DNA of 64,000 nucleotides from Candidatus Wolfebacteria bacterium RIFCSPLOWO2_01_FULL_45_19 (GTDB lineage Bacteria; Patescibacteriota; Minisyncoccia; UBA6257; GWB1-45-9): NCBI GenBank assembly GCA_001793855.1, contig MGIR01000001.1, positions 8,645 to 72,644 of the forward strand, read 5' to 3'. Shown piece by piece: positions 49,081 to 59,690 of this stretch (position 1 is its first letter; each line of letters starts with the position of its first letter). The notes under the pieces were generated by a model. It saw only the letters and a program-made list of their open reading frames with translations, ran no database searches and was not told where the DNA came from. The position numbers and the translations under genes were made by a program.

Positions 49081-50595
49081 ATGAAAAATAACAATATGAA
49101 AATTGTAACAGTTTTATTCGTCGTTGGTTTAATTATGTCTCCCGTAATCGGGCTGGCGCAAACTTCAAATGCTCCTGTTCCGCCTCCCACAAATATTACT
49201 TTCCCACAGACGACCGCCATCTCGCCCTCGCCGATGCCTATAAAATGCGGGGTGAATACTTTTGTCGTCAATAATGATTGTGGCGTTGGCGCATTCAAAA
49301 GCGCTTATGTCCAATGTCATGACGGTTATGAAACCACTTTGGGAGACGCAACTTCATGCAAATCTTCTGAAACATGGCAACAATACGCGAAAGAGTTGTG
49401 TGTAAATCGCTGTTCAACCGGAAAAGAACCAAAAAATATCACCAAACCCCTGCCGCAGCCATTTCCGATTCCGGCGCCAAAACCAATTTCCATATGTTAT
49501 ATCAGCGACAATTTAATGCAAGAATACGATCAGCTTATTCTTAAATTGCAGAAAGCGGAATCCGATAAGGTAAGGGCGGAAGAAATAACTAAGAAAATAA
49601 TCGCGCTGAAACAGGAGATTACAAAACAACAAAGAGAGTGCGCTAATTCTCCGCAACCAACGACGACTTCGCGGCCAGTGCCATTGGCCCCGCCGATAGC
49701 AATAGACAAACCGAATACAGCGTCGGTGAATCGTTGCGATGAGGCCGCGCAATGGGAAAATAAAATTGTCTATTATAAAAAACTCAGCGGTTTGGACGAC
49801 GCCGATTTGAAAAAAGACGGTTTTTCGCGGGAAGAAATTGAAAAAATATTGAAAGACCTTTCGCTTGGTTTTGAAAAAGTAAAAGCGCAATGCGACAATC
49901 AAAGCGGAACAATTACCGCGCCGCCAACCGCGATAACGGATTCTGTATTAGTCACGGAAACAGTAAAGCCGATAGTCGTTGAATCCGGGCAAGAAATCAG
50001 CGTTTATTATAAAATTAAACTTGAAAAAACTATCTCCGCAAAAGGGGAGGAAGAACAGATAGAAGAACTTAAAATATTAAGAGATGAAATAGACGGGCTC
50101 ATTGCCAATTTTATCAAAAGCAGGAAAGAGTTGGAGGTAAGCGAGTTGAATAATTTAGTAACGGAAGTGAAAGTAAGCCGGGGAGAAATCAAAGCCGATA
50201 ATATAGCAGTGAAAACTACGGAGAAGAAAATGCTTGCCAATATGGGAGATAGACCGGTGAGCATTGAGCCCACAGCAAGTCAAGTGCTTATCCGCGATAA
50301 GAGTTTTGAAATAAAAACGGACGAAGTCGTGATTAAAGAAAATGTATTAAGCGTGGGCGGCGTTGAAGTGAAAATGTCCGCAAGCGAGGTGGCGGAGAAG
50401 CTTGGTATTGCGCCCCAAACCATTGAATTGAAAGAAGAAAACGCAAGAGCGGTCTATAATATGAAAATTAAAGAACGCCGGAAGCTTTTCTGGGTTATTC
50501 CGTTCAATGTTCAAAAGACCATCGCCGTCGACGCCGCAAACGGCAATGTGTTAACTGAGCGCCTGCCTTGGTATAGTTTCTTAACGACGAAGTAG
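49081..50595 (+). CDS. secreted Pro-rich / coiled-coil protein
   Basis: Signal peptide MKIVTVLFVVGLIMSPVIGLAQ. A terminator follows at 50612-50635. Confidence 0.55.
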   Translation: MKNNNMKIVTVLFVVGLIMSPVIGLAQTSNAPVPPPTNITFPQTTAISPSPMPIKCGVNTFVVNNDCGVGAFKSAYVQCHDGYETTLGDATSCKSSETWQQYAKELCVNRCSTGKEPKNITKPLPQPFPIPAPKPISICYISDNLMQEYDQLILKLQKAESDKVRAEEITKKIIALKQEITKQQRECANSPQPTTTSRPVPLAPPIAIDKPNTASVNRCDEAAQWENKIVYYKKLSGLDDADLKKDGFSREEIEKILKDLSLGFEKVKAQCDNQSGTITAPPTAITDSVLVTETVKPIVVESGQEISVYYKIKLEKTISAKGEEEQIEELKILRDEIDGLIANFIKSRKELEVSELNNLVTEVKVSRGEIKADNIAVKTTEKKMLANMGDRPVSIEPTASQVLIRDKSFEIKTDEVVIKENVLSVGGVEVKMSASEVAEKLGIAPQTIELKEENARAVYNMKIKERRKLFWVIPFNVQKTIAVDAANGNVLTERLPWYSFLTTK

Positions 50596-50667
50596 CTATC
50601 TGAAAATATATAAAACCGCCTTAGGGCGGTTTTTGGATTTTGTTTCGCGCTTTCAGCGCGCTGCAAG

Positions 50668-50862
50668 TCATTCTTGTTTTTCTTTTGGATGTCCCGGCGG
50701 ATAGAACGAGGGCTTTACGTCGCATTTCGGGCAGTATTCTTTTTCGAGATGTTCATATTCGTCCGCGCTTTCTTTCTTGCGGCATATCCATGTTTTTTCA
50801 GCGTATGCTCTGCATGTTTTGCATCGGTGCTGACCGTAGTGATCTTCTGTGATATTGGTCAT
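50668..50862 (-). CDS. small Cys4 zinc-ribbon protein (hypothetical)
   Basis: CKTC...CPKC. Confidence 0.25.
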   Translation of the reverse strand: MTNITEDHYGQHRCKTCRAYAEKTWICRKKESADEYEHLEKEYCPKCDVKPSFYPPGHPKEKQE

Positions 50863-51057
50863 GCAGTCCTTGCGAAAATGTACTACCATAAGTTTATAAC
50901 AATATCGAAATATTTTCAAATTAATGTATGTACAATGCAATCCAATTTTTGATTTCCATATTCGGAGATAAGCGGGATCGCGCCAACTGTAACCGCTCGC
51001 TTTGAAGCTCGCGGACAGTTGCGTGACTATAAACTATAAGCTATACTCTATTTCTAT

Positions 51058-51468
51058 ATGCCGACAATAAATCAATTGTTGAAAAGAAAAAGAAAGAACG
51101 TGAAGATGAAGTCAAAAGCGCCGGCTTTGGGCGTTTATTTTAATACTATTAAAAATCATCCGGTGCAGTCGTCATCGCCGTTCAAGCGCGGAGTTTGTCT
51201 CAAGGTATTTACGACTACTCCGAAGAAACCGAACTCCGCTCTGCGGAAAGTCGCGCGCGTTCGCCTCACTAACGGGCAAGAGGTTACGGCTTATATTCCT
51301 GGTATCGGCCACAGCTTGCAGGAACACTCGGTGGTGGTCATTCGTGGCGGCCGCGTAAAGGATTTGCCGGGCGTGCGTTATCATATTGTAAGAGGAGTTT
51401 TGGACACGACCGGAGTGGAGGGTCGCAAACAGCAGAGGTCGAAATATGGAGCAAAAAGACCGAAATAA
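51058..51468 (+). CDS. rpsL: 30S ribosomal protein S12
   Basis: Highly conserved sequence. Confidence 0.95.
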   Translation: MPTINQLLKRKRKNVKMKSKAPALGVYFNTIKNHPVQSSSPFKRGVCLKVFTTTPKKPNSALRKVARVRLTNGQEVTAYIPGIGHSLQEHSVVVIRGGRVKDLPGVRYHIVRGVLDTTGVEGRKQQRSKYGAKRPK

Positions 51469-51469
51469 A

Positions 51470-51552
51470 GGAAAATAAGAAACTATGAAACTATGAAATT
51501 AAGAAACCGTTAGTTCCCAAGTTTCTGAGTTTCTATAAATTTCTATTTAACT
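51470..51552. repeat. gaaac/gtttc octamer palindrome
   Basis: aagaaactatgaaactatgaaattaagaaac ... gtttcccaagtttctgagtttctat. Confidence 0.65.
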
Positions 51553-52020
51553 ATGCGTAAAAAAAGAAATTATAAAAGAGAATATAATCCTGACACCAGA
51601 TACGCGAAGATTAATGTTAGCCGTTTTATAAATTACGTTATGAAAGACGGCAAGAAGTCTGTCGCCGAAAGGGTGGTGTACGGCGCTTTTGACAAGATAC
51701 AGAAAGAAACAAAACAGGAGCCGGTAGCGGTGTTTGAAAAAGCGATGGAGAACGCGGCTCCGGCGGTGGAAGTTGTGGCGCGGCGCGTAGGCGGAGCAAA
51801 CTACCAGGTTCCGCGGGAAATTCGTCCTGATAGAAAATATGTTTTGGCATCGCGTTGGATTATTGATGCCGCGCGCAAGCGTAAGGGAAAGTCGATGGCC
51901 GAAAAACTTGCGGAAGAGTTAATATCGGCTTCAAAAAATGAAGGGACGGCGATTAAGAAAAAGCAAGACACTCATCGCATGGCAGAGGCAAACAGAGCCT
52001 TCGCCCATTTTGCGTGGTAA
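51553..52020 (+). CDS. rpsG: 30S ribosomal protein S7
   Basis: Conserved sequence. Confidence 0.9.
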   Translation: MRKKRNYKREYNPDTRYAKINVSRFINYVMKDGKKSVAERVVYGAFDKIQKETKQEPVAVFEKAMENAAPAVEVVARRVGGANYQVPREIRPDRKYVLASRWIIDAARKRKGKSMAEKLAEELISASKNEGTAIKKKQDTHRMAEANRAFAHFAW

Positions 52021-52029
52021 ATTTTACTC

Positions 52030-54132
52030 ATGCCTCGTCAGTATCCTTTGGAAAAAGTTCGCAATATCGGCATTATCGCCCACATTGACGCCGGTAAAAC
52101 CACCGTCACGGAGCGGGTGCTTTTTTATACGGGCCTTTCCCACAAAATAGGAGAAGTTCACGAAGGCACAACCGTGATGGACTGGATGGAACAGGAACGG
52201 GAACGCGGCATAACCATTACCGCCGCCGCAACCACTTGTTTTTGGACGCCAACTTATCGCAAGGGCGACAAAGCGTTTGAGCATCGTATAAATATTATAG
52301 ATACTCCTGGGCACATTGATTTTACAGTTGAAGTGAAGCGTTCTTTGCGCGTGCTTGACGGCGCGGTGGTAGTTTTTGATGGCGTTGCCGGAGTGGAGCC
52401 GCAGTCCGAAACAAACTGGCATTATGCTGACGAATACAAAGTTCCAAGAGTGTGTTTCATAAACAAACTTGATCGCACCGGCGCGAGTTTTGAAAACAGC
52501 TTCAAGTCAATTTTAGAGCGCCTTACTCCGAATGCGATGCGTTTGCAAATACCGATCGGTTTGGAATCGAGTTTTGAAGGCGTTGTTGATTTGCTCGGGC
52601 GCCAAGCGTACGGCTTTGAAGGCGAGCACGGTGAAAAAATAGTTGAACGTGAAATTCCGGAGAGTATGAAAGAAGAAGTTGAAAAATTTCACAAAGAATT
52701 GGTTGAAAAAATTGTTGAGTTTGACGATGAGCTGATGCATTTATATCTGGAGGGCAAAGAACCGCCGGTTGAGGATTTGAAACGCGCGTTGAGGAAGGCC
52801 AGTTTGGAAGTAAAAATTATTCCGGTTCTTTGTGGTTCGGCTTTGAAGAATAAAGGCGTTCAGTTCGTTCTTGACGCCACGGTTGATTATCTGCCTTCGC
52901 CATTGGACTTGCTACCGGTGAAAGCAACGAGCGTTAAGACCGGAGAAGAAATTTTAATTCAACCAAAAGACGACGAACTCGTAGCCGCGCTCGCTTTTAA
53001 AATTGCCACCGATCCATTCGTTGGCAATCTTACTTATTTCCGCGCTTACACCGGAACTGTTAAAAAAGGAAGTTATATTTTGAATACGACTAAAGATACG
53101 CAAGAGCGCATAGGACGATTGGTTCGCATGCACGCCAACCATCGCGAAGACGTTGATGAAATTTATTCCGGAGACCTCGGAGCGATAGTTGGCTTAAAAA
53201 GCACCGGCACCGGCGATTCTTTGTGCGACCCGTCGCGGCCTTTGATTTTAGAAAGAATCATTTTCCCCGAGCCGGTTATTTCCGTAAGAATTGAACCGAA
53301 GACCAAAGCTGACCAGGAAAAAATGGGAATTGCTTTGCGCCGGTTATCCGACGAAGACCCGACATTCCGAGTGAGCGGCGATCCGGAGACGGGCGAAACC
53401 ATTATTTCCGGAATGGGAGAATTGCATTTGGAAGTTATCGTGGAAAGAATGAAGCGGGAATTTACGGTTGAAGCAAATGTCGGTCGGCCGCAAGTCGCTT
53501 ACAAAGAGACCATTCTAGCTACCGCCGAAGCCGAAGGTAAATATATCCGCCAGTCCGGCGGCCGCGGCCAATACGGTCATGTTTGGTTGAAAGTGGAGCC
53601 GCTTGAACGCGGCAAAGGTTTTGAATTCATTGATGCTATTAAAGGCGGTACAATTCCGAAAGAATTTATTTCGGCAGTGGAAAAAGGTGTAAAAGAAGCG
53701 ACGGTAAAAGGCGTCGTTGCCGGTTATCCGCTGATAGACGTTTCCGCGACGCTTTACGACGGATCTTTTCATGAAGTTGATTCATCGGAAATGGCTTTCA
53801 AAATAGCCGGCTCAATGGCTTTCCAAGAGGCGGCGAAGCGCGCCAAGCCGGTAATATTAGAGCCGATTATGAAAGTTCAAGTTATAGCTCCTCAGGAATT
53901 TCTCGGAGACGTTACCGGCGATTTGAGTTCCAAGCGCGGTAAAATACAAGAGATGAGCGATCGCGCCAATATCAAAGTCGTTGACGCGCATGTTCCACTT
54001 TCCGAGATGTTCGGTTATGCCACTAAGCTTCGTTCAATGACACAGGGACGCGGAAGTTTTACAATGGAATTCAGCCACTATGAAGCGGTTTCACAAAACG
54101 TCGCGCAGTTGATTATTGAAGGGAAGAAATGA
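52030..54132 (+). CDS. fusA: elongation factor G
   Basis: AHIDAGKTT and DTPGHIDF motifs. Confidence 0.95.
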   Translation: MPRQYPLEKVRNIGIIAHIDAGKTTVTERVLFYTGLSHKIGEVHEGTTVMDWMEQERERGITITAAATTCFWTPTYRKGDKAFEHRINIIDTPGHIDFTVEVKRSLRVLDGAVVVFDGVAGVEPQSETNWHYADEYKVPRVCFINKLDRTGASFENSFKSILERLTPNAMRLQIPIGLESSFEGVVDLLGRQAYGFEGEHGEKIVEREIPESMKEEVEKFHKELVEKIVEFDDELMHLYLEGKEPPVEDLKRALRKASLEVKIIPVLCGSALKNKGVQFVLDATVDYLPSPLDLLPVKATSVKTGEEILIQPKDDELVAALAFKIATDPFVGNLTYFRAYTGTVKKGSYILNTTKDTQERIGRLVRMHANHREDVDEIYSGDLGAIVGLKSTGTGDSLCDPSRPLILERIIFPEPVISVRIEPKTKADQEKMGIALRRLSDEDPTFRVSGDPETGETIISGMGELHLEVIVERMKREFTVEANVGRPQVAYKETILATAEAEGKYIRQSGGRGQYGHVWLKVEPLERGKGFEFIDAIKGGTIPKEFISAVEKGVKEATVKGVVAGYPLIDVSATLYDGSFHEVDSSEMAFKIAGSMAFQEAAKRAKPVILEPIMKVQVIAPQEFLGDVTGDLSSKRGKIQEMSDRANIKVVDAHVPLSEMFGYATKLRSMTQGRGSFTMEFSHYEAVSQNVAQLIIEGKK

Positions 54133-54317
54133 ACACTTTTGATAAAATAAAACTTACTTTGGCAAGAGGAAGCGGTAAATGCGTTGTTTTGCATGAAGAG
54201 GAGCCGAAATACGTAGTAATGACCTGGGAAGAATATGACAAGTTTGAAAAGTTGATAGAAAGGCTGAAACAGGGCGGGGATTTCTCGGGGGTTGACATTA
54301 ATGAGATACCTGTTTAA
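54129..54317 (+). CDS. small Phd/YefM-like (antitoxin-fold) protein, orphan
   Basis: [26 protein letters not shown] resembles the YefM beta-strand/helix core. It overlaps the fusA stop (ATGA). Confidence 0.4.
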   Translation: MNTFDKIKLTLARGSGKCVVLHEEEPKYVVMTWEEYDKFEKLIERLKQGGDFSGVDINEIPV

Positions 54318-54334
54318 TATGGAGAACAAGTCGT

Positions 54335-54448
54335 TAAAATTAATTAAAAATTAAAGAACCCAAGAACCAAAGAACAAAAAAACCAAAGAACCTAAGAACT
54401 ATTTTTAAGTTCATTCGTTTATATGTTCATAAGTTCTTAAGTCATTTA
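54335..54448. repeat. aagaac/gttctt octamer palindrome
   Basis: aaagaacccaagaaccaaagaacaaaaaaaccaaagaacctaagaac ... gttcattcgtttatatgttcataagttcttaagt. Confidence 0.7.
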
Positions 54449-54450
54449 AA

Positions 54451-55650
54451 ATGGCTGAGAAAGCTAAATTCGAGCGGACTAAGCCGCACTTAAACGTCGG
54501 CACAATCGGGCACGTTGACCACGGCAAGACCACTCTTACCGCGTCGATAACTCACGTTCTTAAACTTAAAGGTCTTATTTCTAAAGAGGAAAGCGTTGAT
54601 CAAATAGACAACGCTCCCGAAGAAAAAGCCCGTGGTATTACAATCGCGCTTCATCACTCCGAATACGAATCGGAGAAAAGGCATTACGCGCACATTGACG
54701 CGCCCGGCCACGCCGACTACATAAAAAACATGATTACCGGCGCGGCTCAGATGGATGGCGCGGTTTTGGTAGTTAGCGCTGCTGACGGGCCGATGCCTCA
54801 GACGCGCGAACACATTCTTCTCGCGCGCCAAGTAGGCGTTCCGGCAGTTGTCGTATTTTTGAACAAGGTTGACCAGGTTGACGACAAAGAGCTTATTGAT
54901 TTGGTTGAATCCGAAATTCGCGAGCTTCTTAAGAAATATGAATTTCCCGGCGATGATACTCCGGTTATTCGCGGTTCGGCTTTAAAGGCGCTCAACGCCA
55001 AGTCGGTCGACGATCCGGATATTCAGCCGATTCTTGAATTGATTAAAGCGCTTGATGAATACATTCCCGAGCCGCTACGCGAGATAGATAAGCCATTTCT
55101 TATGCCGGTTGAGGATGTGTTTTCGATTGAAGGACGCGGCACCGTCGTAACCGGACGCGCCGAGCGCGGAGTTGTTAAAGTAAACGAAGAAATTGAAGTT
55201 ATAGGATTGAAGCCGACTCAAAAAACTGTTGTGACCGGCATTGAAATGTTTCAGAAAATTTTGGACGAAGGACGCGCCGGAGATAATATTGGAATTCTTC
55301 TTCGCGGCCTCAAAAAAGAAGACGTTGAACGCGGGCAGGTTATAGCCAAGCCCGGAAGCGTAACTCCTCACACCGAATTTGATGCCGAGGTTTATATCTT
55401 GAGCAAAGAGGAAGGTGGACGCCATACTCCGTTTTTCGCGGGGTATAAGCCGCAATTCTACATTCGCACCACCGACGTTACCGGCGAAGTAACCTTGCCC
55501 CAGGGAATGGAAATGGTTATGCCGGGTGACACCGTTAATGTAGTTGTGAAGCTAATTTCTCCTGTCGCGCTTGAAGAAAAACAAAGATTTGCCATAAGAG
55601 AGGGTGGAAAAACGGTTGGAGCCGGCGTTGTCACAAAGATCCTTAAATAA
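54451..55650 (+). CDS. tuf: elongation factor Tu
   Basis: [15 protein letters not shown] and NKVD motifs. Confidence 0.95.
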   Translation: MAEKAKFERTKPHLNVGTIGHVDHGKTTLTASITHVLKLKGLISKEESVDQIDNAPEEKARGITIALHHSEYESEKRHYAHIDAPGHADYIKNMITGAAQMDGAVLVVSAADGPMPQTREHILLARQVGVPAVVVFLNKVDQVDDKELIDLVESEIRELLKKYEFPGDDTPVIRGSALKALNAKSVDDPDIQPILELIKALDEYIPEPLREIDKPFLMPVEDVFSIEGRGTVVTGRAERGVVKVNEEIEVIGLKPTQKTVVTGIEMFQKILDEGRAGDNIGILLRGLKKEDVERGQVIAKPGSVTPHTEFDAEVYILSKEEGGRHTPFFAGYKPQFYIRTTDVTGEVTLPQGMEMVMPGDTVNVVVKLISPVALEEKQRFAIREGGKTVGAGVVTKILK

Positions 55651-55982
55651 TGGCTGCCAAAACGGCAACGGAAGTAAAATCAGTTTTGCGTTTGAGAATA
55701 AGGGCTTACGATCATAAGCTGATAGATAATTCTTGTCGCCAGATTATAGAAACGGCGGAAAGAAACGACGCGGAAGTTATCGGGCCAATTCCGCTCCCAA
55801 CAGAGATGCGCCGCTATACCGTCAATCGTTCCACTTTCGTGCATAAGGATTCGCGAGAACAATTTGAGCTTCGAGTACACAAGCGTTTGATTGATATATT
55901 GAATCCAAGCCAGAAAATAATTGAATCGCTTAGTAATCTTAATCTGCCGGCAGGAGTGGAGATTGAAATAAAAATGGTGTAA
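55650..55982 (+). CDS. rpsJ: 30S ribosomal protein S10
   Basis: Conserved sequence. Its start overlaps the tuf stop. Confidence 0.9.
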   Translation: MAAKTATEVKSVLRLRIRAYDHKLIDNSCRQIIETAERNDAEVIGPIPLPTEMRRYTVNRSTFVHKDSREQFELRVHKRLIDILNPSQKIIESLSNLNLPAGVEIEIKMV

Positions 55983-56032
55983 TAAATACTGGCTCAAAAA
56001 CACGACACTTGAGTGTCGTGTTTTTGTTGGGT

Positions 56033-56060
56033 TGACAAACTTTATAATAAGAGTATAATG
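56033..56060 (+). promoter_or_regulatory. consensus sigma70 promoter (TTGACA-16-TATAAT)
   Basis: Seen directly in the sequence. Confidence 0.6.
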
Positions 56061-56066
56061 CATAAG

Positions 56067-56213
56067 GAGGGTTCGATCAGGCGAGGCCAACCACGAGCGG
56101 TGACTGGCTCCACTGCTTAATGGGCGCCTGGTTGCATTGGGGAGACAACAGGGGGACCAGGAACTTCTGTTGTCGCCAAATTAGTAAGCGCTTGCTCGGC
56201 AAGCGCTTTTTTT
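56067..56213 (+). ncRNA. ~147 nt structured RNA with its own promoter and intrinsic terminator (candidate sRNA, or L4-type attenuator leader for rplC-operon)
   Basis: Hairpin GACAACAG...CTGTTGTC, helix CAGGCG/CGCCTG, and terminator AAGCGCTTGCTCGGCAAGCGCTTTTTTT. Confidence 0.4.
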
Positions 56214-56336
56214 AAGCTATTGCGTTTTTTTTAGATATAGTATAAACTTTTCTTAATTGAGGATAGCGAAACCACCCGGGCGGCTATGCCTCGGGTATTT
56301 TTTTAAATAATGAAAATCAAGGGAATAAAACTAAAA

Positions 56337-56732
56337 ATGTCCCAGATTTGGAAAGATGACAAAGTTATTCCTGTAACGTTTGTTAAGCTTGGTCCGGATG
56401 AATTTGAAACCGCAGGTTTGGAGGATGGAAAATTGGTGGCTGTTGTCGGAATTACGAAAGGACGAGGTTTTCAAGGCGTGGTTAAAAGGCACGGATTCCG
56501 TGGCGGCCCCAAGACTCACGGCCAAAAAAACCGTTTGCGCGCACCCGGTTCAATAAGCAGTACCGCGCTTCAGCGCGTTGTTCCCGGAAAAAAGATGGCA
56601 GGTCGAATGGGCAACGACAGAGTAACGATTAAAAATCTCCGCGTAGTCGGTATAAACAAAGAGGCCGGAATTTTGATGTTAAAAGGCGCGGTGCCGGGGG
56701 CGAATAGGGGAAAGGTTGAAATAAGAATATGA
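56337..56732 (+). CDS. rplC: 50S ribosomal protein L3 (compact, ~131 aa; lacks ~70-residue central region)
   Basis: GFQGVVKRHGFRGGPKTHGQ and KKMAGRMGNDRVT are conserved. Start assigned at MSQIW. Confidence 0.8.
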   Translation: MSQIWKDDKVIPVTFVKLGPDEFETAGLEDGKLVAVVGITKGRGFQGVVKRHGFRGGPKTHGQKNRLRAPGSISSTALQRVVPGKKMAGRMGNDRVTIKNLRVVGINKEAGILMLKGAVPGANRGKVEIRI

Positions 56733-57376
56733 TTGCGGAAGTTTATAATAAAGAAAATAAAAAAGTTGGAGAAGTTACCTTGTCCGATTCGGTATTCGGA
56801 AAAAAGTGGAACGAGAGCTTGGTCCACCAAGTCCTTGTTTCTCAGCTTGCCAACAAAAGAGAACCGCTTGCTCATACCAAGGGTAGGGGGGAAGTTCGTG
56901 GCGGCGGAAGAAAGCCATGGCGGCAAAAAGGAACCGGGCGCGCGAGGCATGGTTCAACTCGATCTCCGATTTGGGCCGGCGGAGGCGTAACTTTCGGTCC
57001 GACAAAACACAAGAACTACTCCAAGAAAATAAACAAGAAAATGCGTCGCGGCGCGATTTTCTCGGCGTTGTCCCGTAAATTTAAAGACGGGGAATTGAAA
57101 TTCATTGACGCCTTAGAGCTTGAAGTCCCAAAAACAAAGTTGTTAGCCGGTCTTTTGAAAAATGTTTCCGGCGGGGCAAAAAGCGTTTTAATCGTGCCTT
57201 CAGTCGGAAGCAAGCACATTTATACGGCTTCCGCGAATATTTCAAAAATATTATCGATTGACCCGCGTTCGCTAAACGTTTATGATTTACTGCGTCACGA
57301 ACAAATTTTGATGGACAAAAACGCGGTGGAAGTAATAGAGAAACATTACAGGTTAACTAAAGAACGTAAGGACTAA
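56729..57376 (+). CDS. rplD: 50S ribosomal protein L4
   Basis: RGGGRKPWRQKGTGRAR. Confidence 0.9.
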   Translation: MIAEVYNKENKKVGEVTLSDSVFGKKWNESLVHQVLVSQLANKREPLAHTKGRGEVRGGGRKPWRQKGTGRARHGSTRSPIWAGGGVTFGPTKHKNYSKKINKKMRRGAIFSALSRKFKDGELKFIDALELEVPKTKLLAGLLKNVSGGAKSVLIVPSVGSKHIYTASANISKILSIDPRSLNVYDLLRHEQILMDKNAVEVIEKHYRLTKERKD

Positions 57377-57452
57377 AGAACCAAAGAACGGAAGAACCGA
57401 AAAACTGTTATTAAGTTTATAAGTTCATACGTTCATAAGTTTTTAAGTTAAA
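57352..57452. repeat. aagaac/gttctt octamer palindrome overlapping the rplD 3' codons
   Basis: ctaaagaacgtaaggactaaagaaccaaagaacggaagaac ... gttcatacgttcataagtttttaagtt. Confidence 0.7.
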
Positions 57453-57456
57453 TAAA

Positions 57457-57849
57457 ATGACTTGGTTTAGCAAAAAAGATAAAAACGTGACCCCGACGCT
57501 CGTCAAAGGCAGGGTCGGAGTCCCGACCGAAACGTCGGGAAAGAAAGCAGAGCAAAAGACCGCCAAAACGGTTTATAATCCGTCTGCTTTGAAACGGGTT
57601 TGGATTACCGAAAAATCTACCGACCTGGGAAATTTGAGAAAATATGTTTTTCTGACGGACAAAAGCGCGAACGCCGCGGAGATTAAAAAAGCGGTTGAGG
57701 GAATTTACAACGTTACGGTTGAAATGGTGCATATGCTTAACTTTGCGCAGAGAAAACATTTTCGCGGACGGGCGGCAAAACTGAGGCATTATAAAAAGGC
57801 GATAGTGACTCTTGCGGAAGGGCAAGAGCTGGATGTTATACCGAAATAA
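57457..57849 (+). CDS. rplW: 50S ribosomal protein L23 (N-terminal extension)
   Basis: L23 core at the C-terminus. Confidence 0.75.
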   Translation: MTWFSKKDKNVTPTLVKGRVGVPTETSGKKAEQKTAKTVYNPSALKRVWITEKSTDLGNLRKYVFLTDKSANAAEIKKAVEGIYNVTVEMVHMLNFAQRKHFRGRAAKLRHYKKAIVTLAEGQELDVIPK

Positions 57850-58670
57850 TGAAACAATATAAACCGACAACTCCATCGCGAAGAAGCATGACCGTAGTTG
57901 ACTACGGTTCTTTGTCCGCGAATAAACCACATAAACCGCTTCTTAAAAGATTGCCGTCAAATTCCGGTCGTAACAACCACGGCAGAATCACGGTCAGGCA
58001 TCAAGGTGGAGGTAATAAAAAACTGTATCGTGTGGTTGATTTTAGGCAAATGAAGCTGAATGTTCCGGCCAAGGTGGAAACGATTGAATACGACCCGTAT
58101 CGCAGCGCTTTTATCGTCAAAATTATTTATTCAGACGGAGAAAGGAGTTATATTCTCGCGCCTCAAAACTTAAAGATTGGAGACGGGGTGATCGTTTCAG
58201 AAAACGCTTCGCTTAAAACTGGCAACCGACTGATGCTTAAAAATGTGCCCGTGGGTTATTTTGTGCACAACGTTGAGCTTACCAGGGGAAAAGGCGGACA
58301 GATTGCCCGTTCGGCCGGTTCGTATGCCGAGGTTTTGGCGCATGAACACGGTTATACAAATCTAAAACTTTCTTCCGGAGAAATAAGGCGCGTTTTGTGG
58401 GATAATTTTGCGTCGGTAGGACAGGTTTCAAACCCAGATCATAATTTGGTCACAATTGGTAAGGCCGGACGTTCACGTTGGCTTGGAATAAGACCGACAG
58501 TTCGTGGCACCGCCATGAATCCAGTTGACCATCCATACGGCGGAGGAGAAGGAAGACAGCCTCGCGGAACAAGACGGCCCAAGACCATGTGGGGTAAAAT
58601 TACTGGAGGAAGAAGAACGCGCAATAAGAAAAAACGGTCTGGTAAGCTGATTATTCAAAGAAGAAAATAA
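57849..58670 (+). CDS. rplB: 50S ribosomal protein L2
   Basis: Conserved sequence. Confidence 0.95.
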   Translation: MKQYKPTTPSRRSMTVVDYGSLSANKPHKPLLKRLPSNSGRNNHGRITVRHQGGGNKKLYRVVDFRQMKLNVPAKVETIEYDPYRSAFIVKIIYSDGERSYILAPQNLKIGDGVIVSENASLKTGNRLMLKNVPVGYFVHNVELTRGKGGQIARSAGSYAEVLAHEHGYTNLKLSSGEIRRVLWDNFASVGQVSNPDHNLVTIGKAGRSRWLGIRPTVRGTAMNPVDHPYGGGEGRQPRGTRRPKTMWGKITGGRRTRNKKKRSGKLIIQRRK

Positions 58671-58677
58671 TTATGAG

Positions 58678-58797
58678 TCCCGTTAGAAATCGCGGACGCG
58701 TAACCAGAAATATGATATACATAAAAAGGTCAAAAGTTGTGAGCAATCTAACAGAACGTGAGATGCTTTTTGCGTCCGCGTCCTATTTCTAACGGGA
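58678..58797. repeat. 120 nt hairpin with ~22 bp stem filling the rplB-rpsS gap
   Basis: tcccgttagaaatcgcggacgcg ... cgcgtccgcgtcctatttctaacggga. The right arm ends at the rpsS ATG. Confidence 0.7.
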
Positions 58798-59117
58798 TGA
58801 GCAGGTCATTAAAGAAAGGTCCCTACGTTGACCCTAAATTGTTAAAAAAAATAGCCGGCAAAAAACCGGAGAGTTCGGCGCCAATTCGCACTTGGTCGCG
58901 CGATTCTGAAATTTCTCCGGAGATGGTGGGATTCATGTTTGAAGTCCACAACGGCAAGGACTTTATTTCGGTTAAAGTGAGTGAAGATATGATAGGCCAT
59001 CGGTTGGGCGAGATGGCGCCTACGCGCAAATTTGTCAGGCACAGTGGAAAAATACAGAGAGAATTGGAGGCGTCTGGAACAACGGCGCAGCCGGCTGCCG
59101 GTAAGGCAAAAACATGA
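58797..59117 (+). CDS. rpsS: 30S ribosomal protein S19
   Basis: [12 protein letters not shown]. Confidence 0.9.
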   Translation: MSRSLKKGPYVDPKLLKKIAGKKPESSAPIRTWSRDSEISPEMVGFMFEVHNGKDFISVKVSEDMIGHRLGEMAPTRKFVRHSGKIQRELEASGTTAQPAAGKAKT

Positions 59118-59629
59118 TAAAACAACAGAGAGTAAAATTAAGATATGCCGATATGGCGCCGCGCAAGATGCGGTTGGTTGCCGACACCATAAGGGGATTA
59201 ACGGTTAATGAAGCAGAAGCTCAGCTTTCCGCCAGTCCGCGACGAGCGGCTAAAAAACTTTTAAAAGTGTTGCAATCCGCGGTTGCTAATGCTAAAAATA
59301 ATCAGCAATTAAAAGCCGAATCACTCATTGTAAGTTCCATACAAGTGGACGGCGGGCCTTCGTTGAAACGATGGCTTCCGCGCGCGAGAGGAACCGCAAC
59401 GCCGATTTTAAAAAGAAGAAGCCACGTTACGCTTGTACTGCGAGAAAGTGAAAAAGCGACGCCGCCAAGATTTAATCCCAAGGTTGTGAAAGTCGTCAAA
59501 GAAAAGAAAGCGGAGGACAAAGAACAGAAGAAAGTTTCTGAATGGGAAAAGGAATTTTCGGAGAAGAGATCGGCAGACGTTTCCAAACCCGGATTCTTCA
59601 GGAGAATATTTAGAAGGAAGTCCGTGTAA
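59114..59629 (+). CDS. rplV: 50S ribosomal protein L22 (C-terminal extension)
   Basis: Conserved core. Confidence 0.85.
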   Translation: MIKQQRVKLRYADMAPRKMRLVADTIRGLTVNEAEAQLSASPRRAAKKLLKVLQSAVANAKNNQQLKAESLIVSSIQVDGGPSLKRWLPRARGTATPILKRRSHVTLVLRESEKATPPRFNPKVVKVVKEKKAEDKEQKKVSEWEKEFSEKRSADVSKPGFFRRIFRRKSV

Positions 59630-59690
59630 TTTGACCATTGGAATTTGTTTAGAAATTAGAAATTGGGATTTAGAAATTTTAAAGCTATGG
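59630..59690. repeat. tagaaat / aatttg heptamer repeat element
   Basis: ggaatttgtttagaaattagaaattgggatttagaaatttt. Confidence 0.55.

Noticed and set aside
56067-56120. AAGGAGG in the candidate sRNA as a ribosome-binding site for a small peptide
   Set aside because: No plausible start codon or ORF follows, and the 16S appears to lack anti-SD.
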